64,000 bases of DNA. Source: Botryllus schlosseri (Eukaryota). A program made the translations under genes and the position numbers. The notes beneath the pieces are model-generated. The model was given only the letters and a program-made list of their open reading frames with translations, searched no databases and was not told where the DNA came from. The stretch spans positions 29,328,001 to 29,392,000 of the forward strand of contig CM119372.1 of assembly GCA_051294905.1 (NCBI GenBank), given 5' to 3'. Below, piece after piece: positions 13,524 through 26,286 of this stretch. Within the stretch, counting starts at the first letter, position 1. Each line of letters starts with the position of its first letter.

Positions 13524-14388
13524 GTTTCGATTTTATTATTGGAGGTACTCATAGCCGTGCGAATAACCATGTTACGGCTCCGTGTTTGTGTGTCTGTATG
13601 TCATGCTTCAGATTAAATTTACAGACTCAGAATCATTGGATTGTGTCTTATTGGTATGACATTGTTATCGGGGCGGGTGCTTGATGACATTCGATCTGCA
13701 TCAAAATTACCGGCTATGATAATGTCTGTGGATCGAAGGCTTACTCCCCGATGTTTGTATACCAACACATTGCATGCAATGTCACACACCTCCATTTACG
13801 CGTATACTTGTGTGGGCAAACAAGCGCGACGTATGTGTGGATGGTATTTTTTCGTGGAAACACAGGGTGTAACATGTTTACTTGAATATTGGTCGTTGGG
13901 TCATGAGTGAATACCCGGATCCGATCACACACACACTTTCTTATGCTCATCCGGTTTCAGCTGACTGGAGCGACATGTATTGACCAATACAGACACAATA
14001 TAGTAAACACGCGGGAGAAAACTCAAGCCGAATTGTTAGCGCGGTGGGTGACATAAATTCAGCCGTTTTCCGAACACCGTTATCCACGTACTAACCATCG
14101 TCGAGGAGGTGTTTTATTCAGACATTTTGACTCTGGAAAATCCAAAGCACGAACCCAGACATCACAGACATGTCGAAACCTATTGTCCAATTTTCAAAAC
14201 ATACACGTCGATGTACAACAGCACATTGCATGTGGGTAACTGAGGATTTTGATGGGATGCACCAGAACAAGTGAATATGCGATTACACAAATGTATTGGA
14301 GTCGTTGTTGGTGTATATTTTGTCGCTGCCCGTTGCAACAATATACAAAAATATCAAATTGTCCGGTGTGGTTGTCAGTTTGCAAAAC

Positions 14389-15040
14389 GAAAATGGTATT
14401 GTTACCCAGGGTAAAGATAGATTTCCAAGTGAGAACGGTATTGGTACTCGGGTAAATGATAGTTTTCCAAACGAAAAGGGTTTGTTACCCAGGGAGAAAA
14501 TATATTTCTAAAAGAAAATGATTAGTTACTCTAGGTAAAAGTATTTTTCCAAGTGAAAATGGTTTGTTGTGGTAGGAAAAAAAATAAATTTGCAAACGAC
14601 AAGGGTTTTGTTACTCTAGGAAAGGATAGAACCCAAAGTGAAAATGTTTTGTTACTCTGGGTAAACGATAGATCTCCAAAGGAAAGTGATGGTTTTACTC
14701 AGGTAAACGACGGACCGCCAAGTGAAAATGGTTTGTTGCTCAGGGAAAAAATATATTTCCAAGTGAAAATGGTTTGTTGCTGAGATAAAAAAATATATTT
14801 CCAAGTGAAAATGGTTTTGTTACTCGGGTAACGCTAGACCCCCAAGGAAAAATGTATTGTTACTCCGGGTAAACGATAGCTCCCAAAGTGACAATGTATT
14901 GTTACTCTGAGTAAACGATAAATCTCCAAAGAACAATGGTATTTTTACTCAGGTAACGGTTGACCTCCAAGTGAAAATGGTAATTTTACACAGGTAAACG
15001 TCAGTTGTCCAAACGAAAATGATATTTTTACTTGGGTAGG
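14389..15040 (+). repeat. Diverged ~42-bp minisatellite, ~16 units
   Basis: Unit approx. GAAAATGGTTTTGTTACTCNGGTAAACGATAGNTNTCCAAGT, repeated head-to-tail with units of about 40-43 bp. Confidence 0.9.
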
Positions 15041-18007
15041 TATCGTATGTTCAGTGTCATTGATGTTGTTAAACGTTTTCACTTGACGTCGGTATCTCGT
15101 TAGCGTAATATTACGAGTATGAAAATGATTTACACATCTTGTGCAGAGTATCGCAACAGTAACGATATTTTTCGCGTGAAGAACCAAGATCGTTGTTTAA
15201 ATGTTAGTGCATGCATTTCGATTACCGAGTTGCTGTACAATAGAGATGACTCTACATTAGACCACGCTGTGTGCTTCGATTAAAACCACAAGACCACATG
15301 TAAATCTATTCGCATAACTCGATGATGTTGATATAGTGTTACTAAAATTTATTATTACCTATTTACACAACATAAAAATAACTATTCATGTCGTAGTAAG
15401 TAAGTTTCTTGAGCTCGTGCTTGATGAAAACGAATGGTGACAAGTATGCGTTTGTGTTTTGAGTGAAAAATAATTATTCAGAGTAGTGACAGTTTGTGAC
15501 CAACGAATGCAAATCGATCATGGTATTACAATATACGCTTTCGTCAACATAACGACTTGGTGCAGGAGAAACACTTTAAAGTTTTTTTCAATAACTCGAT
15601 CCTCAAGACTTGTTACTTGTACGATGTACCGTTGGTGTGCAAACTATAACGACCATTTCGTATCATAGTATGTTTTTAACTTGTATTGTTGTGAGGACAA
15701 TCATATGATGACTCAGCACTTTTCGTTAGCGAAGTAAATTGTTTTGCGTGTTAGATTTGTGGAAAGTAAGTCGAAAACATACTCTTTTGTGGAAGTAACT
15801 GTACTACTGTGATACCATTGGTAGGTCTCTCAAGCAGTCACCGTGGTTTTAATTTTGAAAGATGTCGCGATGTCGGTATAATATTTTCTAAAAGTCAAAC
15901 TCGGACGGATATCATGACTGTGTAGGACTTACGATAAACATTATACTCATACAACTTTGTTACAAGAACTATGATATTTCTGTAAGTACTTTAGTTGTGT
16001 GTTGGGTTATTTGAATATTTAGATGCGTGACCAATGACCATTCATGTCAAAAACACTTGCGACGTCAAAACAGTTTGTAGAGTCTAACTAAGCATTCTTT
16101 ACTTTGAAAGCGTAGGCAATCATTCTTCAGTTTCGTAGTACCAAAAATATCGAGTTAAGGTCGAGTACTTTGTGTGATGTAAATATCTTTCATACTTTTG
16201 TATGAGTCGCGGGGATGATCATTCGTATCCTACAAAGCAACTAGTTGATACTACAAAATATTGAATGACCGCTAACAACCTCAGTTCATAACCCAAGATA
16301 GCGAAACTTGTTTACTGTTAGACTAACATAATTCGTATCCAGTAAAACGATAGACACCAAAGGCTCGATGGAGTTTAAATCTAGATTGTATTAAGCGAAG
16401 TGATGAGTACCTCAAATAATAAAATCGAAACGTCCAAACAAATTTCTGCGTCTTGGTTGTTGTAAATAGCTATTTGGTATGATATTAGTTATGGGTGTGT
16501 GACAATTCGTATCTGTCGAGGTTGAATGTTTAACCGTATCGAAATGAATCCAGAACACATAAAGTATACATTGATCACAATAGAATCGATGAGAATGTTA
16601 ACCACATAGAGTGTCTGTGTATGGAAGTCATTTCCAACACGGTTACTTCGATCGGTATTAATTCCATGTCATACAAAAACATGAAACCTTTGTACAGTTT
16701 CGTAGTATGGAATATCGAGTGAAGTTGATTATTTTTGTGTGACGAAAATATCTCGTATTGATATTGGACACTGGTTTCATTACCCAAGTGAGTAAAAATT
16801 ATTTTCTGATGGACAGATATGATTTGTATTTAGAAAAAACGACCCACATCGACTAGGTGACACTGTTTAATATCCAATGAGTGAGTGAAATTTCTTAGGG
16901 GTTTGATTTATCGAGTTAACTGCCAGCGATTCAATCGCATCCAAGTTACGTATTTTAATGGCCGAGTATTGTAACGACATTTACTTTGACGAATGATAAT
17001 GGGAAAATTTCCAATTTCTCTGATCGTGTGCGTTACACAAATAGTTCTGGTACGCATTCAGTGAAGATCATACAACTTGACAACAATTTTCATTTGTTTG
17101 GTTAGATGATGACAATTATTCTGGAGGTTCAAATCGATATCACTACTATGAACAGCAATACAAACACATTTTTTGTAGATTTCAGTGTAGCACATACTTC
17201 GATTTTATTATTGTTATGGGTTTTGTTTTAACCAAGACCGGTTGAATAGAATCCATCCAGTAATGATACCTCTATTCACTTTTTTGATGATCAAAGTCTT
17301 AGAGTGTGACCTTGTAATGTTTTACATTTCACACGTTCGATAGAGAGTGTAAACAGAGCTTACCACACTTAAAATGGTACTCCGATATCCAAAGTGATAT
17401 TTTCATACTGCTTAATGTGCGTATGTTTCAATTCGATATGTCGCAGATTCCGACAATAGGTTTTGTGTGGGTTGTTCGATATGTCACTGCAAGCGATTCC
17501 TGAACTTCGCTCCCGCAGTTAAAATGAGGATCGAGTGTGCGTGTACCTTTAGGTTGACAGCTCTACTAGAGTCTAATACGTCTGTGTACATCGATCGTGA
17601 TTGTGTTTGGTAGATTCACGAATCGAGATGATGATAACGCTGTTGAATAAAAATCTTAAAAAAACACGAGTTGAAGACGAATGATTTGTTTTTTAATAAA
17701 CTAAAAAGTACTTTTGTTTTGGTATTGGACTTGTGTTCTGATATTGATAGATGTGTTGAGTAATATGGCCAGTTTATAAAAATATCGGTAATATTTTTTG
17801 GTACCTTAAGTCGGGTAATCAATTATAAAATCGCGGTAATGTTTCTTGCGTGTGCACGTTGTCATCAAATTAATACGAATACATTTTACTGAGGGAATAA
17901 AAAACACAGGTCTGAGATATGTGAATACGACCGAGATTGATTAATATAGTTTACAGTTGTAATGATTGTGTATATTACTGAAATCGTGTCTACTTTACTT
18001 TGTGTAA

Positions 18008-19730
18008 GTCGGATAAGGTAGTAAGTCAATGTGGTAATAACAACGCCCGTGAAGATTTTCTCACAGCCCGATGTCTTGGATTCACTTGCGCGAATTGCTA
18101 TCATAGACTGAGTATTCAAATCTCGTCGTATGCACCGAGTAGTGATTACTTTGTGTTATAGATTAGTAACGACTTTTACATTCGAATAAAAATTATCGGT
18201 CATATGAATACAATCAGGATGAATTAATTCAAGTTTGCGAGTTGTAGTGATATAGTCAAGTAAGTAAAAACTAGATTTTTAACACCGGTTAATGTTGTGA
18301 ATAATTCTTTTGAGTATGGTAAGATGTTAAAATGTCTCTTTGGCAAACGGAAAGCCGGAGCGCGAATAGAGTTGTAATGTTTCATTACTTGTTTCAAATC
18401 AATGTGCGTATAATCTCGAAATGTGACTGGGTGAAAGTTGGTAGTTATGTTTGTCAATCTATTTCAATTCAGACTATGTCAAAGTCGAGATATTTCATTT
18501 TGGATTATCTGAATTTACCTTTAGTACATCCTGCGAATGGATTCCGACACCGCACTATAACATTTTTGATGATAAGGACTCAAGGATTTTTAATCCACAA
18601 TACCTGAATTTTTTGGTAATGCTAGAGTTGACAAATGATTAGTTGCGTGTTTTTTGTTAAGCGTTTGATTTCTCAGTAATAAATACAATGATTGTATGTG
18701 CATACTTGTATCTTGATTCTCATTGAGCTAGTTGGTATTGATTCTATAGGTGTGAAAACGACGGCGTGGAATGTGTGAATAATTCGATGCGGCTGATGTT
18801 GGCGTCAGTAATATTCAGGTTACGTTCGATTCAACAGAAACGCGTTAAAAGGATTCTCATGATTTGTATCACGCAACTAAAGTCAACGACTGTTCCGAAG
18901 TGTCAAAACATATAGCGATCGCGTGCAAGTGTCAAAAAAGACGCGAGAAATGGTTATGTCTTAGGTGTTATCTTGTGAGCGATCGTGGGGTTTGTAATAT
19001 ATTTCATACCTGTTTGGAGTGTTAGTATGTGAACGCGGTTATTGTTGGTATTGGAATCACCGTCTACGCCTGCTCTGTGACAAACTAATTACCAAAATAT
19101 TACTTGTGCGTGATTCCTGCCTCTGTAACACCAAACCACGAGAGATGGCTGTCTGATGTGGTATCTTGTGAGCGTTCTTAGGATATTACAAATATTTCAC
19201 AACTTTTTGAAGTTTTAGTATGTGAACGCGTCTACGCTGGCTCTGTGGTAAACTAAGTACCAAAATATTACCTTCCGAGTGACTCCTAGATTTAGCAAAC
19301 TATTTCACACCTTTTTTGCTGAAAGTACGACATGTCACCCGCAAGGTGCAGCGCGAAAAGACTTGGAGTTAGAATAGAGAATGCGATATCGGTCATTTGT
19401 CATGCCTGAACTATGACGTCTGGCGATTCACGGCCGCACCCGTAAGAACACATGGCGAATCACCAGAGACCCCGTAAGAATACATGACAGGCGAATCACC
19501 ACCACGGCCTATGTTAAAAAAGGCGATTCACCACCACGAGTTTTCACGGCGAGTCACCGCCACGAGCTATACCTAAAAGGGCGAATCACGACCGCACCCA
19601 TAAGAACACATGGCGAATCACCGCCGAGAGGGGGGTCTAAAAAGGCGAGTCACCACCACGAGTTTCCAGGCGAATCACCGCCGCACCCATAAGAGCCCCT
19701 GCCACCTCCAGAGCGATCTACTATACTACT
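18008..19730 (-). repeat. Right terminal inverted repeat (1723 bp)
   Basis: Mirror of 11776-13523; lacks gcgattcgaatatcaacaatagccg (25 bp) present in the left copy. Confidence 0.95.
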
Positions 19731-19821
19731 TATAAAAGCCCAGGAGTGGGCCGTGCTACAAGTCGGTAAATAGGGAATTAAAAATTAAAATAGTATTGGC
19801 CTGGTTTAAAATGACCAATGG

Positions 19822-20262
19822 TAGGGTCACCATATTTTAAGACCCGAGAAAAATGACAGTTTTAAAAAATCATGAAAGCCCTAAGAAAACTGGTGATTTT
19901 GAGAATTTCTCGATCAATAGTAGTGTGTCGACCAAAATGAAAAAAAAGGTTCATCACTTTGACTCGAATCCCGAATGATCCGTATTTTGCGTTATTTTTG
20001 TGGTGTTGACCAAAAGAAAAGTAATCATTCCCATCTACACTCCCGAAATACCCGTCGCGCCGTATTTTTTGTTGATTGTCCTGTCAACATTGTCGTTCGC
20101 TGTGTCGGAGTCGAGGTTCTGATCGCATTTAATTACTTTTTTTTTTTATAAAAAGACGACAAATTTTCAAAAATAGAGGACATTTAGGCGTTCTCGGAGG
20201 ACACTTTCAATTTATTGAAAAAGAGGACAAATCCTCTTGAAAGAAGACATATGGTAACCCTA
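19822..20262. mobile_element. hAT MITE inserted in the SINE
   Basis: TIR TAGGGTCACCATA / TATGGTAACCCTA; TSD accaatgg/accaatgt; AGGACA subterminal repeats. Confidence 0.85.
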
Positions 20263-21838
20263 ACCAATGTAGCCGAAACACCATGAATATCAAACAAACA
20301 AACAAACCAAAGAATGGACGTACTATGATCGGGTATACTGCGGGGGCTTCCTAACTGTCCTAGACAGACCGCGTATCCAGACTGAAACAACGTTAGACTG
20401 ATTAGGGCAAACAGTACGTGTCTAGTAGTTAACTTTAGAACTATGGATGTTTTTTTATACCTTATAGCTGCGTGTTTTTAGCAACAATTTTAATTTTTAT
20501 TATTACTCACCATTATAATATGGAGCTTCATATTAACATGGCATACTCTCCACAAGAATTGGAATTGAACCTTGATTCAAGTGATTGAGCTGAATATGAA
20601 AAAACTACAAAATCAGAACTATGCAACTGCTAGAATAACTACGCCCTTAATTTGAGCTTGTCGTTTTTGGGAATACAATAGTTCTAAGTCTAATCTAATT
20701 TGGAAAAAAATTGTGTTGCCGTAATTCTAATCCTAATCTAAGTTGAAAAACACTGTGTAGCTGTAATTCTAATTCTATTATCATTCCAAAAAGCTGAAAA
20801 TTTTCTAGTTCCATGTTTTCGCACATCGCATATCCATGCACGAAAACATACCAAGGAAATTTTGTAAGCCTACTTGAATAACGCCGTGCCATCATATTCT
20901 ATTTAACCACGATTTACGATCTGAATGGCCTCACCTCGTTCAGACTCCTTTTAGTGTAGGGATTGAGATGCGCCTTTTACGTCCCTGGATAAGAATATAT
21001 ATTTGGAGTCTGGATGCGTGTCTAAACAATTCATTGTGAAGCGCGTCGTTATGCTTGGCTCAATGGGAACGAGCATATGGAGATTATCGTGCCAACAAAG
21101 GAAAGGCAATTTATCTTCCTATTTATTTATTTTTACTGCTAATGCCAACACTGTGCGATAGTATTGTCACAATGACGTAGCGGGCCGAATCCAACGTAAT
21201 GCACCATTCTGATGTCGCGAGGATGTGAATTGCTCCAGGAGAAATTGAAGGCATAGCAGTGGTGCCTTTTGTCCCGCAGGCGACGTCATTAATAACAAGT
21301 TTCATGAATGATTCCGAAAGGTTATGTACTAATACCGTGAGTGCTAATTCCGAGAATGCACATCATCGAGAATGTATATTACCTAGCATGGCATTACCGA
21401 GAAAGGAACGACCGAGAATGGACATTACCGAAAAGGACGCTACCGAGAATGACGTCTATACGTCAGATTTGACGCCGAATGTACACACATATGGTTTCGG
21501 TAATCTCAACATCTGTGGTTCCCTAAATTTCAACTTACTGTCAATATCTGGGCCATGGTCATAGGCGTCGTATGCTAATTTTCCGTAGGTGCGCGGGTTC
21601 ATAAACGTCACAAAGGTATGACGTCATGTGGTATAATTAATAAACACCCTAACTGCAAAATATCTACTATTATAGCACCTCGTGAGCGTTTATATCGCCA
21701 ATTACTTAGTGGCTTGTATATGATGACAAAATTACCATACTATCAAGCAGGCGCGTATGGCGTATCCAGCCGAAAAATGAGGAGTTGGAAAAACGTGGCA
21801 GGTCTGAAAATTTTACAAATTTAAATAAAAAAAGCCTT

Positions 21839-24800
21839 TGTTTGCGATTTCGGTTGTTATTTTTTGTTCTTTATTTGATTATGCGACTCATGGTTTTAGG
21901 GAATCAGTTTTCAAGGCATCTGTCGTTCATTTGTATTTTGTTTTCTAATCGTCGTTATTGTTCGATATTAGTGGTTGGATCGTTTTTTTACTATGTAATT
22001 GTCCCTTCGCTAGCCTTTCCTCGTTGCTGCTGTATCATTCTCCATTCCATCGAGCATCGGACGAGCAAGCACTTTTGGGGATCTCCCGCTTATACATCTT
22101 CATAACGAAAGCATGAATCTACGATTCTACGTTCTTGTTCAATTTGGAATTCTTGGTTGTGTTAGATTGAATAGAAGACCGATACCCAACGTTTGTGGAG
22201 TCCACATTTGCAGATTTAGCGGGGCGGACAGGATTCGACGCTTGGAAAATTAGCACTGATTGGGATTCGAGTGCCGCGTCGAAACAATCCGCAATATTGC
22301 AGTCTGGAATAAATTCGCCATAGTGAATCTGGAAGCAGTCCGCTAATTCAAGCCGATTACTTGAAGAATGGCTTGGATTCGGGCGGAGGGATAGGGCTCT
22401 GCTGCTCATCGAGGATTGATCGACTCTTCTTGACGTCGAGTCTGCTACATCTTTTATTGTTACATTCAAACGTCGAGTGATATTGTTTTCTCTTAAACGA
22501 AATGAATGATTGCGATCAATTACACACTCTTCGGTTTCAATTGCGAGGATCAAGACTAGTTTCATCCAGTTTAGTCAGTTTTCGTCTTCCAATGTTTGGC
22601 GAGCAGTCGTTTCCATCGACTGCCATATTCCAGATCGTTTCAAATTTGAATGATGTAAGAGATGCCTCAAAGATGGGAACGATGAATTCAACTACTCCAA
22701 TGGCAGCTAATTCTTGCGACAGCGACACAGTTCTTCTGACAACGATAGCAATCATTAAGCACTTGGATGAAACGTTCGTATTGGAGCCGAGTTTGATTCT
22801 TCGTCTAAATAACGTTCTCCACACGTGGAGAGTCTCTGGTCGCCTCTGTACTATTCAAGGTGATTTACTCGCATCACTAGCAGGGCTTTGGAGCCGGAGC
22901 CGGAGCCCCGGAGCCGTGCATTTTCACCGAAGCTGGAGCCCCAGCCGGAACTCTACATAAAATTCAGCTGGAGCCGGAGCTGGAGCCAGTTATTTGAGGA
23001 GTAGCTCCGGCTCCGACGTTTTTCATAAGATGCTAATATATATGCAACAACCATATCCGCTGGTTTCACATAATCAAGCTGCAGGCCTTCGCGAAATTAA
23101 GAATCTTTGCCTCTTTGGTGTTACCGTTTCTGACTAACCATGTTCATGGGGATTTACCAGCAGAGCAGTCATATGTTCAATGTTCAATATTCATACATGA
23201 GCGCCGAACCTCGGTATGCTAGATATGACTGTGAATATTGTGGGTCCTCGGCATACCCGTAATTTCGCCATCAGCACAACCTTGTTGGCCAATTGTACGG
23301 TTCGAAAATAATGATCACTATGTATTACGCCAGCGCCAACCTTTTTGGCTAAGGGCCACCTGCAATTGACGAACGAGTGCGGGGTCCACCAGACGCGCCA
23401 AGCGCGGAAATTTTCAAAGTTTATAAATGAACTAGGTCAATAATATTATTACTTGAGTATATTGCTGGTTTACTGCATACCACCCGCTGCTGGGCTAAAT
23501 TTGCAAGGACAGGACTATTCGGCGGCATCTGGAGATATCGATATCAAAGGTTTCCGCTAATATGCGACAATCATTTAGTGCCTACATCTCACCGTCGACG
23601 ATCTTTCTGCGAGCGCAAACGCGAAAAGACTTTCTCTCGTAGTTCCGAATACAGTTAGACTCAATCGGGCAAATTAGGCGTTTTTTTTTAATTTTCAGGA
23701 AGGGATAGGCTAACAAGCAAGAAATCGTGTGACAATTAAAAATGCGAAGCGTGAAGAAAAATTTAACTACTATTTTAGTTCGTAGTAATGTACGACGATT
23801 TACTAAAAATGTGACTGGACCCTGGATCTGCCAATCCGTCGGAACCGATATTTTAGTCATCAATATCCCAAGTGTCGCGGCCACACTAATCAAATTTTTG
23901 GTTGGCCTTGCCAGTTCAAAATCTGAGCAATTCATTTTCGATAATATAACAAATTTAGGAAATCACCTCGTGGGCCACTCAAAACCTTCTTGCGGACGAC
24001 ATATGGTTCGCGACCCGCGGCTTGGCCACCTCTGATATAGACAGGCCCATTCGATAGTTTTCAGAGCTGGAGCCGGAGAAGTTGTAATAATGCAGCTCCG
24101 GAGCTGGAGCCGGCGCTAATCTATGATATAAGAAAGCTCCGGAGCCGGAGCTGGAGCAATGCAATATTTCGGTTGCTCCAAAGCCCTGATCACTAGTAGA
24201 GTTGCTGAACGGCTCTCTACCATTTAAGCTGCTTTGTTCTCATCACTAGTAGACTTGCTTAATGACTATCTACTTTTCAAAGTGATTTATTGAATGTCAG
24301 AATGGGATCGGAGGTTGTATAGCTTCTAATACGATGAACAGTTGTCATTTAACCACTGTGTATCAAAATGATGACTCTGGCATTAGTCGGGGATATATTC
24401 ATATGTACGCCATGAGACCAGATTTGTTGATCTCGAGCCGATTAGTTCATCTTGATGGCTTTGATCGGCTGATCCTAATCCATCGAACTATTCTGTCTCA
24501 TCGTTAACTGGGCATGATTTGATGGGTATCAATTACTTTTGTTTTTGTTTTGCGCTCTGGAAACCTCATGGTTTTCAGATTTAATGTGAAACTGGACACG
24601 TGGACACTGGACAGTCGTTTGGCCACAGACAAGATTGATGTATATGCTTCTGAGCATTGACTGATATGGTCGTTTACTTGTACCCTTCTTACATTGGTGC
24701 AATTCTGTTAACTGGGATCAGTCAAATGAGAGAATATTGTGGATTGCGCATGTTAATTTTTATTCTTTGGTTGATGAGGCGACTAGGGGTTTTAGGGAAT

Positions 24801-25181
24801 CAGTTAGCTATTCAACTGTTTTTCATTTGTATTTCGTTTTTCTAATCATTGTCATTGTCCGATTCGATTTGATTTGATTGTTCGATTACTGTTTAATTGA
24901 CTCTTCACTTGCGTATGTATTTTTCTCGTTGCTGATGTACCAATCTCCATTCCACCGAGCATCGGACGAGCGAACACTATTGCGAAACTCTCGCTTACAC
25001 ATGTTTGTACTTCAACCAAATCTTAATCTACGTTCTTGTTCAATCTGTTCCTTATTTGTTTTCAAAAGGAAGACTGATACTCGACGGTTGTCGAGTCCAT
25101 ATTAGCAGATTTAGCAGGGCAGACATAATTCGAAGCCTGGAAAATCTGCACTCGTTGACACTGCAGTGCCGCGTCGAAACA
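21839..25181 (+). mobile_element. Old degenerate BEL/Pao-related LTR element (LTRs ~21839-22286 and ~24735-25181)
   Basis: Two diverged ~450-bp direct repeats, both ending GTGCCGCGTCGAAACA and sharing motifs (ATCGGACGAGC, CAGATTTAG) with the BEL LTR at 62567-62965; short purine tract before the second LTR; no intact ORF. Confidence 0.65.
22881..24188. mobile_element. hAT MITE (GGAGCC-repeat family) with a probable nested Charlie-like fragment (~23331-24033)
   Basis: TIR CAGGGCTTTGGAGC / GCTCCAAAGCCCTG; perfect TSD atcactag. Confidence 0.9.
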
Positions 25182-25292
25182 GTATTCATTTATTTGAGTC
25201 AAGGACATGCTTATGATGCCTATTAGGCCTATACATTGGTCATACGAGAGTTCTCGTGTTGACGAACCTACGTATATATATAATGTATATAT

Positions 25293-25716
25293 TAGGGTTG
25301 CATTTAAATCAAACGGTGTTTTAAAACACTTTGTTTAAAACATGTTTTAAATAGTGTTTGAAAAAAAGGCCTTTTTAGAAAAAAAGAAAATTTTGTTTTT
25401 ATAGTAAAATTATGCCATAATTGTGTAAATATTTTTCAAAAAACACGTATGAGCCTACCGACCATTACCACCGGATATAGCCGATATATATCGATATGAG
25501 ATAACTGGAACCCGCAAAATAGTCGGTTCAACAGCAATAGTACAGATATTTTGCCGAAGTAGCTATTTTTCCCTATGTTTTCAATTGTCAATGTCAATCC
25601 ACTATGACGTCACAATTAAATATTCGTGACGTCATGGCTTAAAAAAAGGTTTTAAACAAGTGCCTTGTTTTAAACATGTTTTTTAAAAATTTATTTTAGA
25701 TTTAAATGCAACCCCA
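25293..25716. mobile_element. hAT MITE; related copies at ~2290-2679, ~52720-53143 and ~59448-60408
   Basis: TIR TAGGGTTGCATTTAAA / TTTAAATGCAACCCCA; TSD gtatatat/gtatttat. Confidence 0.8.
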
Positions 25717-26286
25717 GTATTTATACTTGGAATAATAGGAATGGTGCAAACGTTAGGTTCGCGTTGGTGGTCCGTGTGCGAACCTCGGAAATGCGGAGGT
25801 TCGCGTTCGCGAATGAACCTTGGTAGGTTCTAATATGTGAGCCTCTTTCGTGTATTACAAATTTTCACGTCACATGTTTCACGCTGGGGCATCTGAGTCA
25901 GAGTAAGATATACAGCAGTGTGACTCAAGTTATTCGAATTATATTCTTCGTGTAGCTATTACATATATATTTTACATAATGGTTTACCAATGGCGTTCCC
26001 GCCTCTGTGTATAACTATCATTTTCTGCTCTTATTTAGAAAACTCTGCACTGAATGTAGAATTTTTGCCTTCTTAGAATGTTGCGTCAATAATAAATTGT
26101 TGTTGATGGATACTTTAGTGAGAACTTAACACTGCCGACAGGTGGTTTTAATGTGGCCTATGAACAATGAACATGTTCGACATTTGTGTCTTTGGAAATT
26201 ATTTACGTCAAAGTATATATTACTAAAGACCTCAACTTTTGGGAAAATGTGCTGGATATTGCAATAATTTTTCTCGTTACTCAGAA

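Larger units (their letters stand above)
11776..19730. mobile_element. Non-autonomous Polinton/Maverick-like element (7955 bp)
   Basis: Ends AGTAGTATAGTAG...CTACTATACTACT; 6-bp TSD tataaa (11770-11775, 19731-19736); TIRs 11776-13523 and 18008-19730; no recognisable pPolB, integrase or capsid ORF. Confidence 0.85.
11683..20310 (+). mobile_element. SINE copy split by the Polinton-like element and a hAT MITE (SINE parts ~11683-11775, 19737-19821, 20263-20310)
   Basis: Joined parts are colinear with the SINEs at 10908-11173(-) and 41245-41383(+); ends in (CAAA)n. Confidence 0.75.

Noticed and set aside
14389..15040. CRISPR-like array
   Set aside because: Whole units are homologous with no unique spacers, there are no cas genes, and the context is eukaryotic
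12889..18642. Duplicated ORFs (63, 77, 90 and 91 aa) at 12.9-13.7 kb and 17.9-18.6 kb as genes
   Set aside because: They are identical only because they lie in the TIRs; they are short, overlap on both strands and show no recognisable domain
22119..22960. 148-aa and 152-aa ORFs as host genes
   Set aside because: Lie within a decayed LTR element and run into LTR or MITE sequence; no domain recognised
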